Positions 31,552 through 32,000 of a stretch of DNA of 32,000 bases are shown piece by piece. Under the pieces are notes generated by a model. That model searched no databases. It saw only the letters and a program-made list of their open reading frames with translations, and was not told the DNA's origin. This DNA comes from Xanthomonas campestris pv. campestris str. ATCC 33913. GTDB taxonomy: Bacteria > Pseudomonadota > Gammaproteobacteria > Xanthomonadales > Xanthomonadaceae. The translations under genes were made by a program, and so were the position numbers. Within the stretch, counting starts at the first letter, position 1; each line of letters begins with the position of its first letter. The DNA is taken from NCBI RefSeq assembly GCF_000007145.1, contig NC_003902.1:520325-552324 (forward strand), given 5' to 3'.

Positions 31552-32000
31552 TCAATCGACCGAAATACCCGCCAGCCTCTGCAACGCCTCGGCATATTTC
31601 GCACGCGTGCGTTCGATTACATCCGCCGGCAGGCGCGGGCCCGGTGCGGTCTTGCCCCAGTCCAGCGTCTCCAGATAATCGCGCACGAACTGCTTGTCGT
31701 AGCTCGGCGGGCTGGTGCCCAGCTCGTACTGGTCGGCGGGCCAATAGCGCGACGAATCCGGGGTCAGCATCTCGTCCATGATGTACAGGCGGCCATCGGC
31801 GTCGGTGCCGAATTCGAACTTGGTGTCGGCCAGCAAAATGCCGCGTTCGGCGGCAAAATCGGCGGCGAAACGATAGATGCGCAAGGTGGCATCGCGCACG
31901 CGCTCGGCCAGCTCGGCGCCGACGGTCTTGACCATCGCATCGAAGTCGATGTTCTCGTCATGGTCGCCGACCGCAGCCTTGGTCGAAGGGGTAAAGATCG
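31552..32000 (-). CDS. purC: Phosphoribosylaminoimidazole-succinocarboxamide (SAICAR) synthase, 3' portion (5' end beyond the window)
   Basis: The frame stays open to the window edge: ..[60 protein letters not shown]. Confidence 0.9.

Overview
High-GC (about 65%) chromosomal segment that looks like Xanthomonas. The 298-aa tryptophan 2,3-dioxygenase matches, from memory, the structurally characterised X. campestris TDO; no search was possible. Housekeeping content, left to right: a branched-chain 2-oxoacid dehydrogenase operon (E1 alpha, E1 beta, a small SH3-like ORF, E2; minus strand); a 1193-aa secreted ExeM/NucH-type nuclease; kynA; a POT peptide transporter plus a thioredoxin-like lipoprotein; a MarR regulator divergent from hppD; hmgA; a six-gene Mrp/Pha cation/proton antiporter operon with fused A/B; an NAD-dependent epimerase-family gene; a DUF962 membrane protein; and the 3' part of purC. 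Accessory or unusual content: (1) a frameshifted, 3'-truncated IS5-family remnant that abuts the E2 stop codon, next to an AT-richer partial ORF; (2) a predicted T4SS antibacterial effector (SLT + M23 + PG-binding + XVIPCD-like Gln-rich tail) with an upstream lipoprotein immunity candidate and two further lipoprotein genes, in a lower-GC block beside purC; (3) a DUF559 endonuclease-like gene framed by about 41-46 bp inverted repeats between hppD and hmgA, with related hairpin repeats in an intergenic region and inside the E2 linker coding sequence; (4) two paralogous 140-146 bp elements with terminal inverted repeats, either MITE-like or structured RNA; (5) a compound heptanucleotide microsatellite, (CAACCGC)6(CAATCCC)7, 44 bp upstream of kynA, with G-quadruplex potential on the minus strand. 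No rRNA, tRNA or CRISPR array was seen. All family assignments come from reading the translated ORFs by eye.
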